Source: Mobula hypostoma (lineage: Eukaryota). Taken from it: a stretch of DNA of 64,000 nt. The stretch covers positions 68,760,001 through 68,824,000 of the forward strand of contig NC_086097.1 of the NCBI RefSeq assembly GCF_963921235.1. The letters are read 5' to 3'. Positions 1 to 12,475 of this stretch are shown in pieces; position 1 is the stretch's first letter, and each line of letters begins with the position of its first letter. Below the pieces are notes generated by a model, which saw only the letters and a list, made by a program, of their open reading frames with translations, had not been told where the DNA came from and ran no database searches. The position numbers and the translations under genes were made by a program.

Positions 1-256
1 TCGAGCCTCAGCTGAGGCTGCGTGTTGTATCCTTGAGCAAGGCACTTAACCACACAGTGCGCTGCGACGACACCGGTGCCAAGCTGTTTCGGCCCTAGTG
101 CCCTTCCTTTGGACAACATTGGCGGCGTGGAGAGGGGAGACTTGCAGCATGGGCAACTGCCGGTCTTCCATACAACCTTGCCCAGGCCTGCGCCCTGGAA
201 ACCTTCCAAGGCGCAAATCCATGGTCTCATGAGACTAACGGATGCCTGATAATAAT
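1..256 (+). mobile_element. tRNA-derived SINE, 5' head cut by the window edge; CpG-rich, probably young
   Basis: Starts inside a B-box-like (gt)TCGAGCC, followed by the fish-SINE-like motif tccttgagcaaggcacttaacc, 3' hairpins and a short (AAT)n tail. Confidence 0.65.
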
Positions 257-441
257 CACAGGACAATTTACAACAACCAATTAACTACCAATTTGGACTG
301 TGGGAGGAAACCAGAGCACCCAGAGGAAACCCACACAGTCACAGGGAGAATGTTCAAACTCCTCCGGGCAACAGTGGGAATTGAACCAGATCACTGGTAC
401 TGTAAAGCATGGTGCTAACAATTATGTTACTGTGTCACCCC
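257..441 (-). mobile_element. V-SINE (HE1-like) remnant
   Basis: tgtgggaggaaaccagagcacccagaggaaacccacacagtcacagggagaatgttcaaactcc is the reverse complement of the V-SINE central domain, followed by a tRNA-like head. Confidence 0.75.
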
Positions 442-454
442 AATCTACAAATAC

Positions 455-928
455 AAGGAGTGCTGTTGCAGGAAAGCAACATCCATCATAAGGTACTCCT
501 ACCATCCAGGCAATGCTCTCTTCTTGCTGCTGCCATCAGGAAGGAGGTACAGGAGCCTTAGGTTCCACACCACCAGGTTCAAGAACAATTATTACCCCCT
601 CAACCATTTGGCTCCTGATCCAGAGTGAATAACTTCACTCACCCCAACACTGAACTGATTCCACAACCTATGTACTTTCTTTTAAGGACTCTACCACTCA
701 TGTTCTCAACATTTATTTGTTTATTTATTATTGATATTTGTTTTGTCTTTGCACAATTTGTTGTCTTTTGTACATTGGTTGGTTCTCTGCCTTTGTGTGT
801 GTTTTTTCGTTGATTCTATTGTGTTTCTTTATATTCACTGTGAATGTCCACAAGAAAATGAATTTCGGGTTAGTATTTATATTTTGATAATGAATTTATT
901 TTGATGTTTTGAATTTTGAACTTTGAAC
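455..928 (+). mobile_element. Rex1/Babar-type LINE 3' end, degraded
   Basis: Encodes HPGNALFLLLPSGRRYRSL..TTRFKN, the same C-terminal motif as the 34.1-34.5 kb copy; AT-rich 3' UTR and (TTTGAA)n-like tail. Confidence 0.75.
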
Positions 929-1079
929 CAATGGAAATAGTTTCTCCCAAACTATTTTCTTCTTGTTTTCAGAAGCAACACCCTTCAGCTGAGTGCCAGC
1001 ACAGGAGACCAGGAGACTCCATGAAATTTAGTAGTGGATCCACCATCGCCACAAATTAGCCACTGGTTGTCTGGAGCTA

Positions 1080-1415
1080 ATTTAGAATAGTTCCTCTTTT
1101 CCCCACTCTGACCTCTTCTCACCTGCCTATTACTTCCCCCCTGAGTCCTCTCCTCCTTCCCTTTCTCCCATGGTCCACCCTCCTCTCCTAAAAGAATCCT
1201 TCTTCTCCAGTCCTTGATCTTTCCCATCCACCTGGCTTCGCTTATCACCTTCCATCCAGCCTCCTTCCCCTCACACTACCTTTTTACTTTGGCCTCTTCC
1301 CACTTCCGGCTCAGTGCTGAAGAAGGGTCTTGGCCCAAAACTTTGACAATTTATTCATTTCCATAGATGCTGCCTGGCCTGCTGAGTTCCTCCAGCATTT
1401 TTGTATGTGCTGTTT
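1080..1415 (+). mobile_element. Penelope-like element terminal (pLTR) fragment with degenerate hammerhead motif
   Basis: Pyrimidine-rich tract, ctgaagaagggtcttggcccaaaac, then gatgctgcctggcctgctgagttcctccagc, shared with the 16.9 kb element. Confidence 0.8.
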
Positions 1416-4400
1416 TAGAACATTTTATACCAACTTTATTTTTGAAAAATAGGTGTAATGCCCATTCACCTGCAAAATTCTAGAAATGGCAACAACATTC
1501 TTGATGAATAAATTCTTCTCAGGCTTCCAGCCAGGTACATGTATCGATTATAACAAATGTTTCCATGACAAACTCTGCCATTTTCTTCTGGAATGAATTT
1601 TAACATTCCTGCTGTTAAAATTGGCTTAGAGTTTTTGAAGAAATAGCCAAAGAACTTAATGCTACTGACCCTCTTTTTGTGAATTCAGTCTACAAGTAGG
1701 AGGAATAATTAATTCTTTAATTTGGGATGTTTTAAATTGTATCAGGTGTCTATCTCTGTGTTTTGAATGATGAGTGTCTCATCACTTTTCAAGCTGCTCT
1801 TATTTATTCTAAAAAATGAAGGAAAAGAAAATGTATATTCAAATAAATTAAATGATTAGCTACATATATCTATTGTTATGATTCAACTGCAAAACCAACA
1901 GTATACAGATTACGATAACTAAGTTTAAACTTGTGTTGCCTAGAAAATGAACAATGCAACATTGGTAGTTCATGCATTTGTATAATAAGGACATTCACTT
2001 GTTTGTTTTAAAATAGATCCTAACGCGTTGAAATAGCAGCCAAGCAAATTTCATTTGAATGTGTAAATGTGCGTGAATGTTAATATCACAAAGTACAATT
2101 CACCCTATTTATGTTTGGAACGTATCATAGCAATGTAATAGAACCATGTGTATTTTGTTTTCTTCCTTGGATGTATTTCATTCTCCTTTACACTTTCATA
2201 CTGGAAATGACATTAAACAATCTTGAACCTTAAACAATCTTGAGTTTATTTTACTTAATCTTAAAGGTATAATATTACATTTAAATTAATGTTTAAATTT
2301 CTACTAACACTATTAACTCATTTTCATTAAGTGTAAATTTCAAACTAGAAATTGTAATACAAATCCAGTCTTTTGAAATTAATATGCACAGAGGATTTTG
2401 GATTGGTTATGGAAATGATTTAACAGATTACTTTATTTTTCACTTTATTCATGACAAAAAGGTCTGTCATAATGACCATGCAATGATTGTAAATCTAATA
2501 TAATGGCAAATCTAACACTTGCTTAGGTATGTTGAACATCTACTGTGATGGATTTTTATTAGATTGGATTTTATTATCTGCATGCTGATAAAGGAAACAC
2601 TAATGACTAGCTTTGTTTGTTATTACATGATAAAAGCCACAACTGTTGGCTCAATCAATCAGTTTAATCAAATAAAACATTATTTTCTTCCAAACTGTTC
2701 ATGCTGACCTTGCATTCCATAGGAATTGAGTAATAAATAATATAACCACTGTAGCTACTTTACCAAGCTTTTATGTTTCAACAAAAATATACTGTAATAA
2801 TGAAATCTGATAACAAATGTGGATGGCATTTTGTGATAGTTATTAGTGCACACCAGATTTAAAATATCTTTCTGCATTTGGTTGTTAGAAATGTTGGAAA
2901 AAAGTTGTTAGATCAGGTAATTACTATTGCAAAACACATTAAAGAGGCAATATAACTGGAACATTATCTTGACAGAAATTATAATCTGTCATCAATACAT
3001 CTGTATGTGAAAAAATTGAATTAAACCACTATGACCTGAAAGATTGTCACTTTCCTTTCTAATTATTTATCATTTTATAGATTCACATCATTAACTTTGT
3101 TTTCAGGTATTTCAGCATCAACAACGAACAATCTTGGACTATATCTGATGCGAAGTATTCATTTAGCAACGTGCCCAAATCGAAGTTTCTTAACATGGAC
3201 TAAAGCCTTGGAGGCAAGAACATTCAAAGTACAATGGATTAAAAATACTAGCTTCAACTACCAAAGGGAAAGACCAGTTACATGAGATTCGAGACCTCAC
3301 AATACAAACATCGGGTGTGGGGATTGGATCTTGCTTTAATTGGTGTGTTAGCACAGACCACTCTGGCTTATGCAGTCTTCCACAGAACAGTTTATTTCTA
3401 ACCGATTAGCAAATCCCAGGCTGGTGAAAGGTCTCTGTAGTAGGCACACTCTACCCTCTGGATTGCAGCTTCAGTCATAAGACTCTGTCTGTAGTCTTAA
3501 TGCATGTGAATATCTTTGCATTCAAAAATATTTAATAACACTCAGGAACAATATATAAAATTACTAATAAAATAATTAAAATACATACTCATTTTCCAAA
3601 AAGAATTAAAACACTAAAAATCTCACTAAAAATAATGAATTATAATTACATCCAATTTAACGGAATCAAATAAAAACTAAATTAAATTATGCTACCATTT
3701 ACTTATTTCATCTAATTGAAGTCAAAGACTCTTTGGATTTGCACCAGCTTAACTGGTATGGTCACGGTGGGCCTGGGTGAGGGAAGTTGGCACTCTGTGT
3801 AAGAAAGTCTGCGCTCCTTCGCTGCACTCCAGGAGGAGTCCACAGTTGAATAACAGGTGGAAATGGACTAAATAGGAACATCTGTCAGATCTACTTGAAA
3901 GGTCCTCTCCGACTGAGATTTTACAATAATTTTCTCTAAATTTATACAAAAATTATCAACAACTTTCATTTCAGGAAGATGCATTTTATGCAATGTTATT
4001 AGCAATAAAATATGTAATATTTTCAAAAAGGCAACTAGTTGTGATTTTCCACCAGCATCATGTATCACAGTAAACTTATTACACCATTTAGTGCAAAAAA
4101 GAAATCTATCTCATTCAATCTACACAAAAAGGACACAATATGATTCATTAGATTTCTTAAATATTTAGTGATACTAAAACACTTGGAAATTAATTGTATT
4201 ATGAAAAATTAGTGATAGAAATCTATAAAAAGAAAATCAACTTAAAACTAATTAGGCTCTTCACAGCCAGCTGAGTAATTCAGATACTTCATACCAGCGA
4301 GGCTGTGTCACAATTAGAAACATTGTTATATATATCAGCCATCTTCTAACACATGACTTTCTACTTAGTCCTAAAAATTGTAATATTTTCACAATATACT

Positions 4401-6907
4401 TCTAGTTGTTGAAAATTACTTTTTCAGCATTTGATTTGGCAGGTGAATGCGTGGCAGAGGAACTAATGCAGGGGGCCGAGGTTCAGATTTCTGGATCATT
4501 GGGATCTCTTCTGGAGAAGGTGCGACCTATACAAAAGGGTAAGATTATACCTGAACCCGAGGGGACGAATATCCTTGTGAGCAGGTTGGCTAGAGCTGTT
4601 TGAGAAGGATTAAACTTATTCAGAGAGGGATGGGAACCGGTGTGATAGGGGTGAGGATGGGGTAGTTAATTTACAAACAGGGACAGAGTGTAGTGAGACT
4701 GCTAGCAAGGTGAAGGTGATGACAGGACAAAATTGCAGTCAATGGGATAAATTGCAATGTAAAAGGGGGACAAAATCCAGAAGTGTGAATATAGGACTGA
4801 AGCTGTGATATTTGAATCTGCACAGTATATGGAATAAGGTAGATGAACTTGAAGCACAGTTACAGATTGACGGGTCTGACATTGTGGCCATCACTGGATT
4901 ATGGCTGAAAGAAGATTATAGCAGGGAGCTTAATGTCCAAGGATACACATTGCATTGAAAGGACAGGCAGGTAGGCCGAGGGGGTGGGGTGGCTCTGCTG
5001 GTAAAAAATGAAATCAAATCATTAGAAAGAGGTCACATAGATCGGAAGGTGTAGAATTGTTGTTGGTAGAGCTAAGAAACTACAAAGGTAAAAAGACCCT
5101 GATGGGAGTTACGGTACATACAGACCTCTGAACAGCGGCAAATTACCACAGGAAATAGAAAATGCATGTCAAAAGGGTAATGTTATGATGGTCATGAGGA
5201 TTTCAATATATAAGTAGATTGGGAAAATCAGGTTGGTTCTGGATCCCAAGGGGGGAGTTTGTAGAATGCCTATGAGATTGCTTTTTAGAGCAGCTTGTGG
5301 TTGAGCCCACTAGGAGATCAGCTATTCTGGATTGGGTGTTGTGCAATGAATCAGAATCTATTAGAGAGTTTAAGGAACCCTTAGGGGCCGGTGATCATGT
5401 ATCAGTATTACAGTGGAGTGAAGGAAATTATAGAAGCATGAGAGAGTAGCTGGCCAAAATTGATTGGAAGGGAAGACGAGTAGGAATGATGGCAGATCAG
5501 CAATGCCTGAAGTTTCTGGGAGCAATTCAGAAGGTTGCAGGATAGATACATCTCAGAGAAGAAGTAGGATGATGCAACCATAGCTGACAAGAGAAGTCAG
5601 AGCTAACATAAAAACTAAAAGGATATATGATAGAGCAAAAGTTATAAAGAAGGAAATCATAAAGAAGAAAAAGATGGAATACAAAGGTAAATATTAAAGA
5701 GGATACCAAAAGTTTCTTCAGATATATAAAGTATAAAAGAGAGGCAAGAGTAGACATTGGACCACTGGAAAATGACGCTGGATAAGTAGTGATGGGTGAC
5801 AAGGAAATGGCAGAAAAATTGAATAAGTACTTTACAACAGTCTTCACGGTGGAAGACACTAGCAGTGTGCCATAAGTTTGAGAGTGTTGGGGAAAAAGTG
5901 GGTGAAGTTGCTAAAGAGAAGGTGCTTGGGAAGCCAAAAGGACTGAAGGTAGATAAGACACATGAACCAGACGGTATACACCCCAGTGATCTAAAAGAAA
6001 TGGCTGAAGAGATTGTGGAGGCATTAATAATAATCTTTCAAAAATCACTAGATTCTAGCATGATTCTGGGGGACCAGAAAATCGCAAATGTCACCCACAC
6101 TTCAAGAAGGGAGAGAGGCTGGAAAAAAAGGGAAATTACATGCCATTTAGTCTGACCTCAGTAATTGGGAAGGTGTTGGAGTTGATTGTTAAGGATGAGG
6201 TTTCACCGTACTTGAAGGCACATGATGAAATAAGCCGAAGTTAGCATGATTTCCTTAATAATCTTGCCTGACAAATCTGCTGGAATTCTTTGAAGAAATA
6301 ATAAGCAGAATAGACAAAGGAGAATTGGTGGATGTTGTTTGCTTAGATTTTTAGAAGGCCTTTCACAGGGTGGCATACATGAGGCTGCTTAACAAGTTAA
6401 GAGCCCCTGGTATCACAGGAAAGATACAAGCATGGATGGAACATTGGCTGATTCGTAGCAGGCAAAGAGTGGAAATTAAGTGAGCTTTTTCTGGTTGGAT
6501 GCCAATGGTGTTCTACAGAGGTCTGTGTTGGGACCGCTTCTTTTTACGTTATATGTCAATGATTTAGGTGTCAATAATAGATGACTTTGTGTCCAAATTT
6601 GTAGATGATACCAAGATAGGTGGAGGGGCAAGTAGTGTGAGGAAACAGAGAGGCTACAGAGGACTCAGATAGATGAGGAGAATGGGCATAAAGTAGCAGC
6701 TGGAATACAGTGTTGGAAAATATATGGTCATGCACTTCGGTAGAAGAAATAATAGCGTAGTTATCTTCTAAATGGAGAGAAAATTCATAAATCTGAGGCA
6801 CTTGGAAGTTCTCATGCAGGATTCCCTTAAGGTTAGTTTGCAGGTTGAGTCAATGGCGAGGAAGGTAAATGCAATGTTACTATTTATTTCAAGGGGATTA
6901 GAATATA

Positions 6908-8858
6908 GGTTCAAAAAACTAGGTAATGATAGAGATCAAGAAGATTATAAGGCTAGCAGGAAGGAGCTTAAGAATGAAATTAGGAGAGCCAGAAGGGGCC
7001 ATAAGAAGGCCTTGGCAAGCAGAATTAAGATAAACCCTAAGGCATTCTACAAGTATGTGAAGAGCAAGAGCATAAAATGTGAGAGAATAGGACTAATCAA
7101 ATGTGACAGTGTAAAAGTGTGCATGGAACTGGAAGAGATAGCAGAGATACTTAATGAATACTTTGCTTCAGTATTCACTATGGAAAAGGATCTTAGCGAT
7201 TGTAGGGATGAATTACAGTGGATTGAAAAGCTTGAGATTTTCATTAAGGAAGACATTAAGAAAGAGGATGTGCTGGAGCTTTTGGAAAGCATCAAGTTGG
7301 ATAAGTCACTGGGACCGGATGGGGTATACCTTAGGCTACTGTGGGAGGTGAGGGAGGAGATTGCTGAGCCTCTGGCAATGATCCTTGCATCATCAATGGG
7401 GACGGGAGAGGTTCCGGAGGATTGGAGGTTTGCAGATGTTGTTCTCTTATTCAAGAAAGGGAGTAGAGAGAGTCCAGGAAATTATAGACCAGTGAGTCTT
7501 AATTCAGTGGTTGGTAAGTTGATGGAAAAGATCCTGAGAGGTAGGATTTATGAACATTTGGAGAGGCAGAATATGATTAGGAATAGTCAGCATGGCTTTG
7601 TCAAAAGCAAGTTGTGCCTTACAATCCTGATTGAATTTTTTGAAGATGCGACTAAACACATAGATGAAGGTAGAGCAGCAGATGTAGTGTATATAGATTT
7701 CAGCAAGGCATCTGATAAGGTACCCCATGCAAGGCTTATTGAGAAAGAAAGGAGGCATGGGATCCAAGGGGACATTGCTTTATGGATCCAGAATTGGCTT
7801 GTTCACAGAAGGCAAGGAGTGGTTGTAGACGGGTCATATTCTGCATTGAGGTCAGTGACCAGTGGTGTGCCTCAAGGAACTGTTTTGGGACCCCTACTCT
7901 TTGTGATTTTTATAAATGACCTGGATAAGGAAGTGGAGGGATGGGTTAGTAAATTTGCTGATGACACAAAGGTTGGGGGTGTTATGGATATTCTGGAGGA
8001 CTGTCAGAGGTTACAGCAGGACATCATTAGGAAGCAAAACTGGTTTGAGAAGTGGCAGATGGAGTTCAACCCAGATATGTGTGAGGTGGTTCATTTTGGT
8101 AAGTCAAATATGATGACAGAATATAGTATTAATGGCAAGACTCTTGGCAATGTGGAGGATCAGAGGGATCTTGGGGTCCAAATCCATAGGACACTCAAAG
8201 CTGCTGTACAGGTTGACTCTGTGGATAAGAAGCTATACGGTGCATTGGCCCTCATCAACCGTGGGATTGGGTTTAAGAGATGAGAGGTAATGTTTTAGCT
8301 ATATAGGACCCTGGTCGGACCCCACTTGGAGTACTGTGCTCAATTCTAGTTACATCACTACAGGAAGGATGTGAAAACCATAGAAAGGGTGCAGAGGAGA
8401 TTTACAAGAATGTTGCCTGAATTGGGCAGCATGCCTTATGAGAATAGATTGACTGAACTTGGCCTTTTCTCCTTGGAGTGGCGGAGGATGAGAGGTGACC
8501 TGATAGAGATGTATAAGATGATGAAAGGCATTGATCGTGTGGATAGTCAGAGGTATTTTCCCAGGGCTGAATTGGCTAATATGAGAGGGCACAGTTTTAA
8601 GGTGCTTGGAAGTAGGTACAGAGGAGATGTCAGGGGTAAGTTTTTTTACGCAGTGAATGGTGAGCTGCTGGCAACGCTGGTGGAGGTGAATATGATAGGG
8701 TCTTTTAAGAGGCTCCTGGATAGGTACATGGAGCTTCAAAAAATAGAGGGCAATGGGTAACCCGAGGTAATTTCTAAAGAAAGTACATGTTCGGCACAGC
8801 ATTGTGGGCCGAAGGACCTGTATTGTGCTGTAGGGTTTCTATGTTTCCATGTTTCTAT
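6908..8858 (+). mobile_element. Younger 5'-truncated CR1 LINE (RT) nested in the older CR1
   Basis: ORF motifs NYRPVSL, QHGF, DFSKA.DKVPH, GVPQGTVLGP, FADD; ends in (GTTTCTAT)n tail. Host sequence gaatata|aaaagcaag is interrupted exactly here. Confidence 0.92.
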
Positions 8859-9311
8859 AAAAGCAAGAATGTAATGTTGAGGCTTTATAAGGCACTGGTG
8901 AGGCCTCATTTGGAGTTTTGTAAGCAGTCTGGGCCCCTTATCAAAGAAAGGATACAGTGACATTGGAGAGAGTTCAAAGGAGGTCAACGAAAATGATTCC
9001 AGGATCAAAAGGCTTATCATATGAGGAGCGTGGGGTGGCTCTGGGCTTGTACTTGCTGGAGTTCAGAAGAACGACAGGGGAATCTCATTGAAACCTATTG
9101 AATGTTGAATGGCCTTAATAAAGTGGATGTGGAGAGGGTGTTTCCAATGGTGGGAGATTCTAGGACCAGGGACACAGCCTCAGAATAGAGGGACATCCAT
9201 TTAGAATGGAGATGAGGAGGTATTTCTTCAGCCAGGGAGTGGTGAATCTATGGAATTTGTTGCCACAAGCAGCAGTGGAGATGAAGTCATTGGGTATATT
9301 TATTGCAGAAG

Positions 9312-10197
9312 TGTCATAGGGCGGTGGCTGGGAACAGACCCAAGTGCAAGACACAGACACTGAAGTACTAGGGACAGGACTAGGATACAGGGTGATGGCA
9401 AGGACATGGACAGGAAAACCAGGAACCTGGAACAGGACTGGACTAAAGAGCTAGGAGCCCGGGCTTGGACTCCGAGCCAGAGACTGGACAAGGACCCAGT
9501 ACCTGGGTCTTGCCACTGGCTCAGATCCCAGAACCAGGCAAGGACAAGGCTTGGCAGGTAGGCAGGATGAGGCTGGAGTCTTCAGGCTTGAGGCTAGAGG
9601 TGAGGCTTGGCAGGAGGCTTCACGCTTGGGGCTAGGTAGGCTCCTCCAGGGCAGGGCACGGTTCACCTGGGCAGGGCGCGGTACTCCTGGGCAGGGCACG
9701 GATCACCTGGGCAGGGCACGGATCAGCACCCGATGGAGGTATGGGACAGGAAGGGACAGAACCAACCGCAGGTAACAGCGAGACGGCCTGGCTTACCCAA
9801 CAGAGGCAAGGGACAGGAAGGGAGCTAGGTACAGGGTGGCTCCAGGACAAGACTGCAGGCGAGACGAGGCGAGAGTTACCAGCAAGACAAGGCAAGGCTT
9901 CTGGCAAAGCAAGGCGAGACGAGAACTTCAGGCGAGGTGAGAGTTACCGGCAAGACAAGGCAGGGCTACAGGCCAGGAAACGGGAGGCAGGAGAAGGGAT
10001 ACAAGGAGTAAGGGCAAGAACAATCCAGCAGCCATGCCTGGGTCTCTGAAGATATTTATGCAGCCAGCCCCAACGAACATCAGCTGCCTCAATTAGCTCA
10101 ACAAGAACAGAAACAGGGTAGATAGGAAAACCTGGAGCAAGGGTCGATGAACCGGACCGTGAACCGGAATACGGACTTCACGGACTGGACCATGACA
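9312..10197 (-). mobile_element. Solo LTR (886 bp), probably Gypsy-type
   Basis: Termini TGTCAT...ATGACA (inverted); perfect 5-bp TSD AGAAG at 9307-9311 and 10198-10202; TATA-like CATAAATA on the minus strand near 10052-10060; no internal coding region. Confidence 0.88.
9643..9728. repeat. Imperfect ~20-bp tandem repeat (cctgggcagggcacggatca) x4 inside the LTR
   Basis: Units directly visible: ccagggcagggcacggttca / cctgggcagggcgcggtact / cctgggcagggcacggatca / cctgggcagggcacggatca. Confidence 0.85.
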
Positions 10198-10789
10198 AGA
10201 AGTGGATAGATTCATGATTAGTCAAGGCATGAAGGGATAAGGGGAGAAGCCGGGAGATTAGGGCTGAGAGAAAAACGGATCAGCCATGATGAAATGGCGA
10301 AGCAGGCTTGATGGGCCAAATGGCTTAATTGTGCTCCTATACCTTATGGTCTTCTGATTATTTGCTTTACGTTACATCAATGATATACAATTGTTAGGAT
10401 TTTTTCTCCCTTTTTGGCTATTTACTCTTACTCCCTATCATTCTCTGCCTGTTCTTTAACATATAAATATGATCAAATGTTTGCCATATTACAAACTATA
10501 AAACTATTAGAGGTCTTAGGAAGATGTCACATTACTTCAGTTGTTTAAAGTGAAAGAAGTGTAACATTAAACCTGTGTAAAAAGAGGCTGAAGATTCATT
10601 TTCCAAATAAAAATTTCACACCTTCAACAGACACAAAAATGCAATACTTGTGATATTTTAGATTTGTATACAACAAAAATTCAACAGCCTCCATTTACCC
10701 ATCACCTTCAATGTGGCAAAATATCCCAAGGCAATTCACAAGAGCATTATCAAAAAAAATCCCTGAACAAAGTGAGGCGATTTTAAGCC

Positions 10790-11372
10790 ACAAACACAAG
10801 AGATTCTGCAGGTGCTGGAAATCCAGAGCAACACACACAAAATGCAGGAGGAACTCAGCAGGTCAGGCAGCATCTATGGAAATGAATAAATAATTGATGT
10901 TTAAGGCTGGGCCCCTTCATCAGGATTGGAAAGGAAGGGGGAAGATGCCAGAATAAGAAGGTGGGGGGAGGGGAAAGAGTGCAAACCGGAAGGTGATAGG
11001 TTAAGCCAGGTGGGTGGAGGAGGGGAGATGAAGTGAGAAGCTGGGAGGTGATAGATGGAAAAGGTCAAGGCCTGCAGAAGAAAAATCTGATGGAAGAGGA
11101 GAATGGATCTTGGAGAAAGTAAAGGAGGAGGGGAACTAGGGGGAGGTGATGAACAGAGGAGGAGAAAAGGAAAGAGGTCAGAGTCACGAATTAAATAAGA
11201 GGGAAGGGAAGGGAAATGGGGAAAAATTAACAAAGTTGGAGAAATCGATGTTTACGGCATCAGGTTGGAGGCTACCTAGTTGGGTTATGAGTTGTTGCTC
11301 CTCCAACCTGAGAATGGCCTGATCGTGGCAGAAGAGGAGGCCGTGGAAGACATGTCAGAATGGGATTGGGGT
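10790..11372 (-). mobile_element. Penelope-like element 3' fragment (end of endonuclease plus terminus)
   Basis: Colinear with 16854-17390: ctgcaggtgctggaaatcc, gaactcagcaggtcaggcagcatc, purine tract, ggttggaggctacc. Confidence 0.85.
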
Positions 11373-11384
11373 TTCACCGGCTTC

Positions 11385-11531
11385 ACATAACACCTTTTAG
11401 CTTGTTCTCCTTCCCCACCCCCTACCTTCTTATTCTGTCATCTTTCCTGTCCTGATGAAGGGTCTTGGCACAAAACATTGATTGTTCATTTATTTCCATG
11501 ACCTGCTGATTTCCTCCAGCATTTTGTGTGC
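11385..11531 (+). mobile_element. Inverted Penelope-like terminal fragment abutting the previous copy
   Basis: cctgatgaagggtcttggcacaaaac ... cctccagcattttgtgtg. Confidence 0.75.
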
Positions 11532-11539
11532 GAAATTTA

Positions 11540-11960
11540 GCTCGAAAGCCATAGGCAGAGTCAGAGAAGTAAGTACTAAGGGGTATCTCAGAGACAGAGA
11601 TTCTAAGGAGGATTTCCATATCTTCAGGTCTTGTTGGTGAGAATCATGATATCAATAATTGAGGGTTTATATCTGGAGATGATTAGAGTAGCAGAGATAA
11701 AAGCACTGTGTTATGGGTTAGAGGAGATTTGAGATAAGTATTTTAAGGGAAGAAAGAGAGGTAGAGAAGCAGAGCTGTAATAGGAGGGAACCCCAGGTCA
11801 ATGGCCTTGGGAGCTGAAGTCACCACAGCTAATGGTGAAACAATTACACTCAGGCATTATCAGAGATGTGAACAGAGATGTTCAAATATCTTGGTTACTT
11901 ATGGGTTTGGCAGGGAAATAGTGATTTGCAACAATCAATACTGAGATCAAGAGCTAATAT
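11540..11960 (-). mobile_element. Ancient LINE (L2-like) 3' remnant
   Basis: ggagggaaccccagg...gggagctgaagtcaccacagctaatggtg resembles recalled elasmobranch L2-type 3' regions; highly diverged. Confidence 0.35.
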
Positions 11961-12475
11961 CTAGATAACTTGTGCCTGCAGCACTCATATGAGGAATTCA
12001 ATCAGCATGACCAAGATCAGAATCAAAGCCTTGATTGACAATTTCAGCCATGGACATCCTGTAGCTGTCCAGTTTCCTGCTTTGGGTAAGTTCTCTGAGA
12101 TAAGAAAATATTGCATGTCATCCTGTTTCATTAAAGCAAATCTTCTCATCTACTAAACAAAAAGTAATATTTGTGTTATCTGTAGAACAGCTTGTAGATA
12201 TCTTATCCAAGGCAGATGTGGACTGAAGAAAAGATAATATAATTTAAACATTTCTCCCAGTTCTATTTTTTGTATTATGTAGTGCCATGATAATGTCTTC
12301 TTAAATATTTGATCTCCTATACAATGTTTAGAAATTGATGAGGGCAATGTAAGGAAGAATGGAAGAATATTTGAGAAATAGGGCAAGTTCACCTCAGTCA
12401 GATAGACTGTAGAATTTTTTACATTTCTGTATTTTGTAATATTTCCTGTTATATTACCTTGTATTGAAATCTTAC

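Larger units (their letters stand above)
4430..10335 (+). mobile_element. Old CR1 LINE (end of ORF1 esterase, APE endonuclease, RT, 3' UTR), decayed and split by two nested insertions
   Basis: 4430-4615 gives DHWDLFWRR.DLYK...LNPRGTNIL (CR1 ORF1 SGNH-esterase end); ~4800 starts the endonuclease; RT fragments at 5.9-6.9 kb. Sequence resumes at 8859 (aaaagcaagaatgtaatg) and again at 10203. Confidence 0.88.

Noticed and set aside
7047..8802. Antisense ORFs over CR1 and Penelope-like coding regions (here and at 17-18, 19-20 and 30-33 kb)
   Set aside because: Shadow frames of retroelement ORFs with no independent evidence.
9643..9728. Regularly spaced direct repeats superficially like a CRISPR array
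   Set aside because: Head-to-tail units without unique spacers, no cas genes, vertebrate context.
9451..10049. Several overlapping 70-100 aa ORFs on both strands
   Set aside because: Low-complexity products of the GC-rich, internally repetitive LTR.
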